Below are positions 11,238 through 23,187 of a stretch of DNA of 64,000 nt, in pieces. Each line of letters begins with the position of its first letter. The stretch's first letter is position 1. Source of the DNA: Caecitellus pseudoparvulus (taxonomy: Eukaryota; Protista; Bigyra: Bicosoecida); NCBI GenBank assembly GCA_965644315.1, contig CBFFRQ010000068.1:310001-374000 (forward strand), in the 5' to 3' direction. The translations under genes and the position numbers were made by a program. Under the pieces are notes generated by a model. It searched no databases, was not told the DNA's origin, and saw only the letters and a list, made by a program, of their open reading frames with translations.

Positions 11238-13550
11238 TCACGCTGCGGGTGCTGTCAAGTTCTGGGGGAGCCAGGTGGGATGGGCGTTGGCCAGTTCGAA
11301 GAAAGTGTCCACTGGCGTGAGTGTGAAGATGCCCTCGGGCAGGCCGTCGATGATCTGCTGCACTTTGGTGACTGTGCTGAACTCCCGCACGTGAATGGCG
11401 AGGAAGTAGGGCCGCACAGTGTTCACAGTTGCCAGGGTGGTGAGGTCAGCGATGGCTTCCTCCACGGATCGGCCAGGGTCCAGGTAGTAGTCGAAGCTGG
11501 CAAGGGAGCGCTGCGTCGCGCTGTCGTGGGCGAAGGTGAAGGCCGGCGCGTACCCGTTGAGGAAGCCGACCGTGCGGTTCATGGTGTCGGCAGCGAAGTA
11601 GCTCTGCACCACCCGCGCAGTGAGGTTGGTGTCCCCAGTGACAGTGTGGGCGCCCACAGCGTCGGATGCATCGAAGATGATGAAGTGGCGCAAGTCCAGC
11701 GTGGCCATGTCAGCCTGCGCCAGGGCCAGTCGAGCCGGCAGGTCCGCAGCAGGAACTGCCTTGGGGTACATGTAGCCTGGGCCGCCCAGGGCGCCGACGA
11801 AGAAGTCCTTGGGGGTGGCTTGCGCGTAGAACATGGCCAGCAGTGCCGGCTGCAGCTGCAGGTCGGGCAGGGTCACTTCCCATGCGTAGGGGATGGCGCC
11901 GCGGCCAGGCTTTGTCCAGGCCCCCAGGCCCAGCCCATCTGTCTGCACGAGGCTGATGACGACGCTGTTCAGGGCTGCAGCTCGCTGGGCGGGGGTGAGC
12001 GGCGGGGAGGCAGGGTTCACGAACTTGTAGTTGGCAGGCAGGCGGACCTTGTTGCTGAAGGACAAGTTTGGGTTCGTGTTCAGTCCATGCACGCGCCCGC
12101 CGTTCTGGGACGCCAGAGTCGTGAAGGTGTGCTCTTCGTCTTGCGGGCTGCAGTAGGAGTGCCAGCCCATGACGAGCGGCGCCGGGCCCATGCTGCCCAC
12201 AAGCTCGTTGGCCAACTCGTACTCTGACGCAGTGGGCGGCCACAAGTCGGGCGGGGCAGTGCTGAGGTCCACGAAGAAGGCCCGCTGGGACACGCCCCAA
12301 TCTGCGATGCCGGGGCGCATGTACGGAGCGCAGGCGCCGCCCATCCAGATGATGTAGCTGTCGGAGGTGACCTGCCAGTACTTGTCCCGCGCCCACGCGA
12401 ACACCTGGGTGGACGTCCACCCGTCAAAGACGCCCGTCAAGTTCACGGCCATGGGGATGCCCAGCTCATGCATCAAGGGCAGCTGCGCAGCCGTGATGGG
12501 GACAGCGTCGTGCACGCCGGCCACTGTCAGGGCGACCACAGCGCTGTCGCGAAGGGAGGGGTCGTACAGCACGAAGCCCTTGACGACGCTGACGAGGGAC
12601 CGCAGTGCCTCTGCCGGCGAACCCAGCTCGACGAAGTCATACCCGTGGGCCTGCGTGTAGTACTCCTTCACTTCGGGTGTGTACGTGTACGCCCACGTGG
12701 GGGGGTACGTCAAGTACAGCACGGGCTCCTCGCCGCGGTTGGCCAAGCCTTGCAGGGCGATGGCCAGCAAGTTGCCCTGGAAGGCGGTCGAGGCAAGCTT
12801 CCAGTCAGCCGTGAGGTTCAAATTGTAGGCCTGGCGGCGAGGTGCACTGGGGTCCAGAGGGGAGTATGTGTGGCGCTTTGGGTGTGGGTGTGCGGCAGCA
12901 GGCGCAGGTGGAGCGCGCTGCGTTGGCGTGCGAGGTGCAACGTGCTGTCCGGGGGTGTACCAGAACGTGTAGTTCTGAGGGAGCGGCGCCCCCGACGACA
13001 GCGTGTACTTCAGTGCCCCGTCATCCTGCACTTGGAACGAGTGCGTCTCCTGGGCCACAAATTTTGCTGCTGAGCCCCGCATGGGGGCTGACCGCTGCAG
13101 GGTCAGCGTGGTGGAGGTGTTGTGGACAGTGCGCCCCAGCTGACCCCGGCTCGCCGCCAGGTCGTACTCGACCCCCATGAAGACGTTGGGGCAGAAGACC
13201 CGGCTGTCCAGGGCAGAGGTGGCGTCGGCAGGGCCTGTGCTGGCCAGAAAGCTGTCTTGCACGGTGAGGATACCGCTGGTGTCTGTCCAGTTGCGCCGCA
13301 CGCGCAAGGCGCCAGGCCCGGCATGCTCCAGGGACAGGCCGCTGGGCGCGAGCAGGGGGAGCACCGTGGAGTTCTTGGCGTCGTCCAGCACCCAGGACCC
13401 AATGACACTTCCCGAGGTGCGAGTAAGTCCAAGCCTGCGGTCAAACGTGAGACGCAGTGCGTGCTCCACGCAGAGGCGGGGCGAGGCGGGCACAAGGCAA
13501 AGCACGAACATGCATGCATGGAGGGCGAGGAGCCCCGCAAACCCTCGCAT
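11238..13550 (-). CDS. Secreted GxGYxYP-motif putative glycoside hydrolase
   Basis: Signal-peptide-like N-terminus MRGFAGLLALHACMFVLCLV. Family motifs: ALQGLANR..PVLY, KGFVLYDP..VALTVAGV, VMGWH, GRGAIPYAWE, ATPKDFFVGALGGPGYMYP. A small in-frame intron near 12830-12960 is possible. Confidence 0.85.
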   Translation of the reverse strand: MRGFAGLLALHACMFVLCLVPASPRLCVEHALRLTFDRRLGLTRTSGSVIGSWVLDDAKNSTVLPLLAPSGLSLEHAGPGALRVRRNWTDTSGILTVQDSFLASTGPADATSALDSRVFCPNVFMGVEYDLAASRGQLGRTVHNTSTTLTLQRSAPMRGSAAKFVAQETHSFQVQDDGALKYTLSSGAPLPQNYTFWYTPGQHVAPRTPTQRAPPAPAAAHPHPKRHTYSPLDPSAPRRQAYNLNLTADWKLASTAFQGNLLAIALQGLANRGEEPVLYLTYPPTWAYTYTPEVKEYYTQAHGYDFVELGSPAEALRSLVSVVKGFVLYDPSLRDSAVVALTVAGVHDAVPITAAQLPLMHELGIPMAVNLTGVFDGWTSTQVFAWARDKYWQVTSDSYIIWMGGACAPYMRPGIADWGVSQRAFFVDLSTAPPDLWPPTASEYELANELVGSMGPAPLVMGWHSYCSPQDEEHTFTTLASQNGGRVHGLNTNPNLSFSNKVRLPANYKFVNPASPPLTPAQRAAALNSVVISLVQTDGLGLGAWTKPGRGAIPYAWEVTLPDLQLQPALLAMFYAQATPKDFFVGALGGPGYMYPKAVPAADLPARLALAQADMATLDLRHFIIFDASDAVGAHTVTGDTNLTARVVQSYFAADTMNRTVGFLNGYAPAFTFAHDSATQRSLASFDYYLDPGRSVEEAIADLTTLATVNTVRPYFLAIHVREFSTVTKVQQIIDGLPEGIFTLTPVDTFFELANAHPTWLPQNLTAPAA

Positions 13551-13765
13551 TGTGAGCACTGAGTGGGTGCGCAAGCGGGGGGTCGGGCCAGACGGAGGTT
13601 GCGGAAGTTGACCCAACACGCCACCGGGCTGCTCGGCAAGGCTGGGGAAACGGAAAGCGCGCGGCGAAGCATGTGCGATGCGCTTGCCTGGCAAAGGAAC
13701 AGGAATTGGATTTTGATGTCCACGTCACGAGGGCGCCAGGGGGGTAAAGCCTGGACTTGCGCTGC

Positions 13766-15658
13766 CTACAGCTGAGCGTACTGAACTCTTGGCCTCGGTC
13801 GCTGGCAGCGAGCAGCACATGGCCACAGGCACAGGGGAAAGAGGGACTCCAAACTCGATACTGCAAGGCTGTGCTGTTCGATTTCCCGCTGCACTTCCTC
13901 TAGTGACTTGCCCTGCGTCTCAGGAAGCACGGCCACCACAAACCCAGTTGCAAAAGTGGTCAGCACAGCCACAATCACCATGAAGGCCGACCAGGAAGTG
14001 GCCTCTGCAATGCTGAGCACCGTCTGATTGGCCACTGCTGACGTGGCCCAGAATGCCGCAACGGCCAGGCCCATGCCTGTGCCCCGGCTGCGAGTGGGGA
14101 GCAGCTCGGAGCACACCACCCACATGCCCGGCGCCCAGGAGCAGTCCCAGGCTAAAATGAACACCAGCATGCCCACTGTGACAGCAGCTTGGAGGCCAGA
14201 TGATTCAGCAGGCAGCGCCGTGAATGCAGCCGCCATGGCAACGCAGGCCGTCACCTGCGTCACCATGCCGGCGCCAAGCAGCAAGCGGCGAGGCAGGCGC
14301 GCCAGCAGCGGCAGAGCGATGGCGACGCCAGCAAACTTCGCCAGCCCCACTCCAACAGACGGGAGCCAGGAGGAAGTGATGCCACCTGCCTCGAAAATGG
14401 GCCGTGCGTAGTACAGCATGGCATTTGAGAAGGCGAGGTTCTGCGTCACTGCCGCGCTGACTGCCAGGCCGAGGGCGAAGCGCCCCCCCGGCACAGCCAG
14501 CGTCGCACGCAGCTCCTTCCATGTGCGAGAGAGCTCTGCGAGGCAGCTGCCAGCGCTGGACTGCCGCGCCGCCTCGTTGCCGTGCTGGCTGCGCAGAAAG
14601 CCAGCGACAACCCCAGCCAGCTCTTGCTCGGCGGAGCGCGGGGTGATGCGAAGTGGCAGCAGCAGGTCCAGGGCGGGACGTAGGGCGTTTTGTACATCAG
14701 GAGGCAGCGCCTCCCAGCTGTCTTCTGGGCGGGGGGTCGGCGTGTCGGGGCAGCCAGGCGGCGCCCCTCCTCCGCCGTCACCCGGACCCGTCAGCGCCAT
14801 GCCAGACAGCAGGCCACCATCGCAGCAGGCGTGCAGAGCTCGAACGGCGAGCCAGTGAGGTGACACCGGCAGCAAGGATGCCCCCATGAGCTGCAGGGCG
14901 GCCGGCACAGCAGACAAGCCCAGGCTCCAGCGCCACGCGTCAGCGGCGCCGGTGTCCTGCAGCCCTGCAGACACCAGGAGCGCCACCAGGCAGCCAGTGC
15001 ACACCGCGAACTCATTCACCGCCACGAGCGGTCCCCGCAGGTGCGGCGGGGAGATCTCTGACATGTACACTGACACAACCATGCCGCTGGCGCCGATGGC
15101 GAGCCCGACACAGGCCCGCCCCAGCAGCAGGACTGCGAAGTCAGGCGCTAGGGCCATGGCGCCGGCGCCGGCACAGAAGATGCCAGCACAGAGGAGGATA
15201 CCTCGCCTCCTGCCAAGAAAATCCGCAGTGGCTCCGCCAAGGAGAGCGCCGACGGCCGCTGCCGCCAGCACGACTGAGACCACCTGCATGACGGGAGTGA
15301 CGTGATGTGTAGCGGCGGGAGCGTGGGACACACTCAGCTGCTCTGCGGCTCACCGCCTCCTCTCCTGCAGTTCCCAGTCGAAACTCGGCTTTAATGTCAT
15401 GGAGCACGTCTGGGGGCAAGCAGCGAGCGGTCGGTGAGGCGTGGCCAGCTGCGGAAATCGCTACCCGCAGCACGCACTGGTGATGACACACAGGTCATAC
15501 CCGAAGAGGAGCCCGCTGATGCCGGAGAAGGTCGCAATCACAATAACCCGTGACATTGTGAACGGCTCGCTGTGGGCACCCTGGAAAGCAGGACGACAGG
15601 GAGCCACACCAGAGTTGCCGTCGGGCTCAGGTCGGCGTGCAGCTGGTTCTGACGTCAT
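13766..15658 (-). CDS. MFS sugar porter (myo-inositol/polyol/hexose transporter-like), spliced at the 5' end
   Basis: Motifs: ISGLLFGYDLCVI (exon 1), ADFLGRR, GRACVGLAIG, YMSEISPPHLRG, WRWSLG, WVVCSELLPTRSRG, LPETQGKSLEEV. The 5' exons lie between 15290 and 15658; junctions are approximate. Confidence 0.92.
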
Positions 15659-15817
15659 GGTCGTGGATCGAGGAAGCGCGCACGCATGGAAACTGGTGGA
15701 GGCCGCAATGAAGATTTCTTGTAAGACACCGCACAGTATGAATTGTTCGTAGTGGAGCTTTATTTTGAGCAGCAAGCGCCCACCCCCGTGTGCTCTGGCT
15801 TGGCGTGGCGGACAGGT

Positions 15818-18800
15818 CTACTCCCACGTTTTGCCCTGCACCGCCTGCTTGGAGTGCTTCGACATGCAGTCCGCAACGACAGCACCAAGCGCATCTGTTT
15901 TGTTGTGCAGCAAGTCCTGCGGCAGCTGCAGCAGCAGGGACCGCACAGCCACCAATCGGCGCCCACCAGCTGCAAGGAAACGCACCTGCACAACTAGCGC
16001 AGCGAGCAGCACCAGCCAGCCGATGGCGATGCTGCTGTTCTTACTTTGTGTCAAGCTTGTGGCGGTGCCCACGGCTCGATCCTTCAGGGTGGCAGCTGCG
16101 ACGCGCATGGCGTCGCGGGCCAATCCTTTCTCGAGACTTGTCATTGCCACCATGCCCTGCTGCAGCTGAGGAGAGGTTGCGTAGCGGTTGGCGCCGGCCT
16201 GGAAGCCGCCTTGCTCGTCGAGAGTGGCCAGCATTTGATTCCCCTCTGAGAACAGGCGCAGGTAGACTTGCAGGGTGCCGCCTGTGGCCGCGACGCCGTT
16301 GAAGGCGGACGAGCAGTTCACTTGCCACCGAGCGAGGGCGGGCGGCAGGCAGGCATCCTGGACGAGGAGGCCCATGAGGGCATCATCTGCCGGGAGGGGT
16401 GCGAGGGGTGTGCCCATGGGGCCGGCGGCGGTGCCGTGCAGGAGGTGCCCCATGTCGGCCAGGAAGGCGGCTTGGGCGGCCTGGGCGCGGCCAGGGGCCT
16501 GGGCGTCTGCACCGCGCACGGCGTCGTGCACAGCCATGCGGAAGTGCACCGCTTGCAGGGCAGCTGACTGCACGAGGACCAAGCGGGAGGTGGCCATGAG
16601 CACGCCGCCGTTGCCGGCGACATACACCCACGTGAGCAGCACCATGATGGACAGCATGACGAGGACGAACGGGAGTGACGCACAGCAGCCAGTGCCGAGG
16701 CACTGCATGCGCCCCTCGCGCAGTCCACAAGTGCCCTGGCGGTACTGCAAGCCATCACCCTTGTACAGTGCGCGCTGGCTCCCCGAACGCTTCCCAGCAG
16801 CATTGCGGGCATGGTGCCTGTCTGGTGCCGGCGGCTTGCCGTGCGCTGCAGGAATGTCCTTCACAGACGCAGCTTGCAGCTTTCGGTGCGGCAGGGGCTT
16901 CGAAGTCATGCCAGTTGAGGCCAGGTACACGTGATCTGTCTCAAACGTGGCGTCCCCCGCCTCCACATCGCTGTAGTCGCCCTCAGCCTCCATGTCGGAC
17001 AGCAGCAACTCCATGCCATCGTCAGCCGACCGCCCCGACCCGCCCTGGCGAGCCCCGATGTCAGCCAGCCGCTCGATGGTGCGCCGTTGAAGCTGCTTCA
17101 TGGCAGGCTTTTGCAAGGACCGCACCGCGAGCAGCGGCTGCAACAAGTCGTCCGAGAAGGTGCCGGCCAAGGCGCACATGAGCCACATGCCCAGCACAAC
17201 GCAAAGCAATGGCAGCGTCGCGAAGAGCAACGTGTCGACACTGCCTGACCCCTCCACATACTCCCGCCCAGTGAAGGACTGCAGCATGCCCGCCCGGGCA
17301 CGGACAGAGGCGTTGAAAGCAGGCCAGACGCGGTCAGGCATGGCGGCATCGTACGTTGCCACGGCGGAGCTGTTGGAGAAGGCAGCAGCGCTGCCCAGTT
17401 GGGTGATGCTGCGGAGCATGTGGGCACACCACTGGCCCACTTCGAACGTGGACATGATGACGGAGGCGGAGCCAGCATCTGACAGGGGCACCCACCGCAT
17501 GCGGTCAGAAGGAAAGGCGAGTGAATCCGCGTTCTCTGCGAATGCGGAGAGAATCGCCGCCTCAGATGCGTTTGCGGGCGGCACGTACGCAGCGTCCGTG
17601 TCGATGCCCCTGGACGCGATGATTGCCTGGATGATGTCGGCTGTGCGGCTGTCGCTGGCCCGCATGGCGGACGCTGCCATGTCCATGTCGGCTGTGAGCG
17701 CGCCCAGCTCCAGCAGCGTGAGCTGCTCTGGCTCCGCGAGGAAGGTGGCCTGCGTCAGCATGCGGGAGTGCGCCGACGTGACCAGCTTGGAGCTGAGCAG
17801 GCGGACGCCCGCTGCCCACAGGCCGGTGCTGAGCGATTCCAGCACCACCAGCAGGGCGCCGTCCAGGGAGGAGCCAAATGACGTCAGCACGATCATGGAC
17901 ACCAGTGTGAAGAAGAGGGAGCCCACCACGATCTTGGCCAGCGTGACGTCGCGGTACACCGCCCGCGCCCGCTGGCCAGTGTCAGTGCCCCACACCTTGC
18001 AAGCCTCAGTGGCCTGCTTGTCAGCGCCCACCCGCAGCAGGGACAGGCGCAGGGATGCGACGCCTCGCATAGCATGACTGGAAGAAGTGACCGAGCTGGC
18101 CTGGGACCTGGGGGCGGGTGCAAGGTGGGGAGCTGTGCCGGTGTTGGCGGGCGGTGCAGGACCGCAGTCGTCGTGCAGGGTGTGAGGAGTGGGAGACACC
18201 CGCCCCATGCCCTGCCCCAGGGAGTGTGGATCTGTGGACAGCTCGTGCAGGCTGCCCTCTGCCTGCCTGGCAGGGTGTGCCTTGCTGTCCGCGAGGAGGT
18301 CTGCGCCTCGCAGGTGTGGCCGGCTGCCACGCATGCCGTGGAAGGGCAGGCCACCCGCGCGCGACTGCAGGGTGGTGGAGGACATCAACGCCTGCCCCCC
18401 GCCTTGTTCGTGCTCAGGTTGAGAAGAGCGCCCAGAGTGCTGCACCAGCGCCTGCAGAGGAGGCATGGACAGGTGAGGGGCGGGTGGCCCGACGACGCTT
18501 CGAGTGACGGCGCTGACAAGTGCACACGTCTGCCCTGCGCCTACCTCCTCCCCGTCCCACAGGTGTGCCAGCGTGAAACGAGCCAACGCGGGCGTCGTCG
18601 TCCCGTGCACCGCGTGCGTGATGTCGATGCGGGGCAGGTCCCGGGAATCGTCCCCAAGGTCAGACAAGCTCTGCCCCTTGGGTGTGCTGCCCTTTGGGCC
18701 AGCAGCCTTGAAGACGCTGCTCACTGTGACTTGGGCGGCCGCAAAGTCTGTCTTGCGTGAACCCAGTCCCGTCAGCGCCAGGCCTGCCTCACAGGCGCCC

Positions 18801-21679
18801 ACCACTGGGCATGCGGCGAAACGCGACAGCGTGCTGGCCAGCAGGCCATCTGCACGCCGCGCTGCCGCCCCGCTGTCGGAGGCGGGTGCAGACTTGACCC
18901 CTGCGCAGTCAACCAGGAACAACACGGAGCTCGTGCGCACCTCTCGCAGGGACACCTCCAGCTGCGGCACCGTGAGTTTGGCCAGGTCAGCGCCCGTCGC
19001 AGAGCCGAAGTGCTCACTGATGCACATGAGCATGGGCACCAAGCACCGGCGCGAGGCGTGCCAGCCCAGCCACAGCTGGTACTGACCCAGCGCAATGCCA
19101 GCAGGTGTTGTCCTCATGCCGCCCACCTTGTGAGGGCGGCGGGCGCCGGCGCCGGCACCCACGTCAATGCCAGAGACTGCGAACCCCAGCGCCCGCACCA
19201 CGGCGCCAGAGATGGCTGCAGGGAACAGCGCGCCCACAGATGCGCCCAGGACATCGTGCGGGTGCCGCCCGAACATGCGGGCTGCCGCCGCGTTCGCAGC
19301 GATGATGGGGAACCCTGCGTCCACGTCGCCCGACAGGGTCAGTTGTGGCTCAAGCTCGTCATCGTCAGAAGGCGGCACGACCCCGTGCCGCACCTTGCCC
19401 AGCTGAATGTCCTGCACTGTGAGGACTTGCTCGGCGTGCTGTCGCTGGGCAGCGATGCGGTGCAGTGCGTCGGCACGGCTGGTGCAGAAGGCAGCCTCGG
19501 CTTTGAGCCCCACGACATTTGCCAGGAAGTCACCGTAGTACTGGTAAGCAGTGCTGGACTCGGGGTTGCGTGCGACGGCTGCTGCGTAGTGTACGTGTGC
19601 TTGGGCGACAAGGTCGGCAAAAGACTCCGCAGACGCCGTGGCCTGAGCGCTGGTCCCTTCTGCGTCCGCCATGGCATTCCATGCCGCCAGCAGGTGGCGC
19701 ATGGCACCTTCATCAGCGCTGAGTGCCGCTTGCAGTGCTTCTCGAAAGCCGTGCAGGCTGGTGGGGGAGACACGCCTCATGGTGGGCTGCCTGCCTTCGT
19801 TGCGGTCGTCCAGTGTGCTGCTGATGGTGCTGCCGTCCATGCTGGCGCCGTGCACAGAGGCCGATGATGGTGTCATGGTCGAACCAGCTGCTCCCTTGAA
19901 TGCCTGAAAGGTACCAGCAGTGCTGGACAGGCCAGCTGCCCGCTCACCACTGCTGCCTGCAGCAACAGTCGCATCCAGCAGCGCCCGCACCTTGAGCGTG
20001 CACCGCAGCGCCAGCAGCCACCCGTCCACCTCATACCAAGCTAGCGACGACACAGCGCGGTGCAGGTGTCGGAGGGGTGCCGTGGACAGCCCCTGCACGC
20101 GCACAGCTGCACCTTGGCCCGGTCCACTTCCATGAGCCTCTGCCGTGCGGAGGAAGTGCACTGTCATCCATGCCATGTTGATGTGCATGAGGGCACTGCC
20201 GTGAAAGTGCTGAACGCCCCATCGCAGGCTGTGCAGGACCAGCTCCTCGCACTGGCTGTGCAGCACCGCCTGGGACATTGTCGAGCCGGTAGGCAGCAGA
20301 TGGTACTGCTCTTGCATGGGACCACCCGGTGCATGTCCCGCTTGCGCGGCTGCGGTGCGTGCCCACTGCATGTGCACCAGGCCCTGTACCTCCGGGGCTG
20401 CTGTGCGGGCGTGGCGAACCAGGTACGTCCATGCTACCAGCTCAGTTGGCGTCTTGCTGGCTTGCCAGCCGTGGGCCAACTGGGCCCGGTATCGACCCTG
20501 CATCATGTAGTACGCCGTCAGACCTACCGCAGCCGCAAAGAGCACATGCCCCAAGAAGCGGCCAGATGTCCCGGCACCCTCAGGATTTGTGGCCATACCC
20601 AACGTGCTGGAAGCGCAGAATGCCAACTGCGCGCTGTACGTCGCGACTTCCACGGCATGGGTCGGCGGGTGCATCTGCAAGGAAGGAGTGGGGGGGGTGC
20701 AGGTGGATGCAGCCGTATGTATGGCCAGGGGCGTGAAACGCACGAGCTCTGGCAGCGTAACTGAGACGTAGACTTGGGCAGCAGACACCGCCAGCAGCAA
20801 GCACCCCACCTCGACGGCAACATGGTGCTGGGCAGGGCTGAGCAAGATGCCTGTGCCCAGGCCAGCGCCGGTACTGAGCAGCACGGCCACTGCACGTCCT
20901 TTGCCTGTGTTGTGGTGGTGCAGTGGCAAGGTGGTGCAGAGACGATGGGGTGTGCGGGTGGACAGGGGCGTCACGGCCTTGGTACGCACCAGCGAAGCGA
21001 ACTGTCGTCGCCTTCCCCGTGTGGACGTGGTGGACGTTGGTCAGGCACACCACCACAAACATGATGGCCAGGGGCAGGTACAGCAGCGGAGCAAGGGCGG
21101 AGTGGATGCCCGGCTCGTGCAGGTACAGGTGGGTGATGGTTGCGCCGTAGCGGAAGGCCAGCGCACCTGCCAGCTGCAGCTGGACCACTACTGCCCTGGC
21201 AAGCGCAGAGGGTGCCGAGTCGGCGCTAGATTTTCCGCAGCTGAAAGAAGGGGGGCATGAGGTGCAAGAGATTCGAGGATGGTGAAGACGTAAGTGGCGT
21301 GCGGGACAGCCGCAGCTGCAGCGAGAGAGAGCCAGTCGGGCACGTACGCGAAGAGGAGGAGCAGGCGAACAGACTCGCAGCTGGTCACAATCAGCCAGAG
21401 AAGAAAAGCGAGGGAGTGAATCCAACCCTGGACATCGTCGGTTTCCCCCTCGTTGAGTCCTCGCAGGTCAGGCGCGCCGAGATCGGAGGCGGCCTTGCCA
21501 ATCACGCAAGCGATGCTATCTGCCGGGCACTTTACGGAGCTGCCCTCGGCCGCAAAGCAGGCACCGACGAAGAGGGCGCTCTGGAGGGCAAGAAGGATGT
21601 AGAAAAGCAAGAATGAGGAGCCCTCAGCCTCGGTGTAGAGGTCTCTCCACGCAGAGAGCAGTCGGGAGTGGACGCCCAT
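15818..21679 (-). CDS. TmcB/TmcC-like (tiny macrocysts) membrane protein with TPR and PAS domains
   Basis: N-terminal multi-TM exons (MGVHSRLLSAW...), a TPR-like segment AVARNPESSTAYQYYGDFLANVVG, PAS motif IIAANAAAARMFGRHPHDVLGASVGALFP, then further TM pairs and C-terminal RSLLLQLP. The 5' exon structure at 20.7-21.7 kb is not fully resolved. Confidence 0.7.
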
Positions 21680-23187
21680 TTTTCGGTGCCAGGTGCGGAA
21701 TCACCAATGCGCGCTCGTCCTGGCGGGGCGAATCTGGCCTCGTCGTGGCGCACTGAAGGGTGCGAACGCGCCAATGGCATGCAGATGTCCTTTTGGGGCA
21801 TAGAGGGCGACAAGGTTTTGCTGGGGGTGGCATGTGTGGGCGGGGATCCCCACGCGGTGAGGGTGGCGCCACCCCTGGGCCACTGCGCGCTCTGATACGC
21901 ACACGTCACACCATGTGCGAGGCCGGCCGCTCCCCGTCAGGGGAGCGGGGGTGTCGGGTTTCAAATTGCGAACCTAGTCCATGAAATCTGGCTCCGCACA
22001 TGCGTGCAGCTCTCAATGGCAGCTCTTGCGGCATCTGGGGTTGAGTCTACTGTGGAGTTTCACGAGCTTCCCTATCCCACCTCACAGAGGCCGGCGTGGG
22101 ATGCGCGGGGCACCCGCGGCCAAGCGAAGCCACGGCCCTGCACGCATATCGGACTTTGGATGAACCCTACATGGTGTCGATGGAATGCTCGGCGGTCCTG
22201 GACGGTAGGATGTCCAGAGCACTGTGGCAGGGTAGTGGTTGTGTTGGACAAGCGCAGGTTGACTCAGGTGCACCAAGACCCGGACACAGACCTCGTGCGT
22301 GCTTCAATCTGCCTTTGTTGGGGGTGCTTGCCGAGACGCAGGTGCTGTGCATCAGGTATCCCTTGCGCAGACGAGGTGACTGCATTGACGAGGACATGAG
22401 ACGAAGGGGCAAGAAGCCACAGGTAAGGCGCAGCCCTTTGTGGGCAAGCCAGGGCGGAAGCTCCTCAAGGTTCGAGAGCGCGCCCAGCCACAGGGGGCTG
22501 AGATGGCCCGGCAGGCGAGCTGGAGCTGTGAGTGCTCGGAGGGAAGCCGACCTGAGACATCTCCAAAACGCGGCGGCGCCTCGCCTGCGGCGGCAAGGCA
22601 CTGGGGTTACAGAATGCTCGGCAGATGGGCCATGCACAAATGATGAGGCACCCGAAGCCTGCAATGATCGCCGCAAACGCCAGGATGGGGGCTGCCTCGG
22701 TGTCATCCAAGCGCTGGGCTTGAGTGACAAAGTACAGCGCAACAGCCCCGCCTCCAATGCAGCTGCATCCGACAATGAGTGGGGCAAGCAGAAGTGCCCT
22801 ATTCCTGCAGCTCAAGGCTATGAACCTGTCCTGTGGTGGGGGTGTGCGCAATGTCGTTCGGAATGCGCAGGGTTTCACTGGGAAGTGAAACGCAAGGAGA
22901 CATTCAAGAGCGCAGTTCCACTCACTTTGATAGAGAGCCCACTCCTCGCAGCCTCTCCAAAGGAAGCCATTGATGTGTATGTGTCTCTGACCAAGTGCCG
23001 CTTTCGTGGTTGGCTCCCCCGCGGAGTCTTGCCTTCGGGGCGCGTGACGTGTGCGTGTCACGAGCACAGGGCAAATTCGGTGCTGGAACCTGCAAAGAAC
23101 CGACCTCCCGCTGGGCCCGCAGCGGCGCGTGTACCGGCAGGCGCCTTGAAAGAACCTGTGAGCATGGGGGCTTGCATTCAGAGCGCT

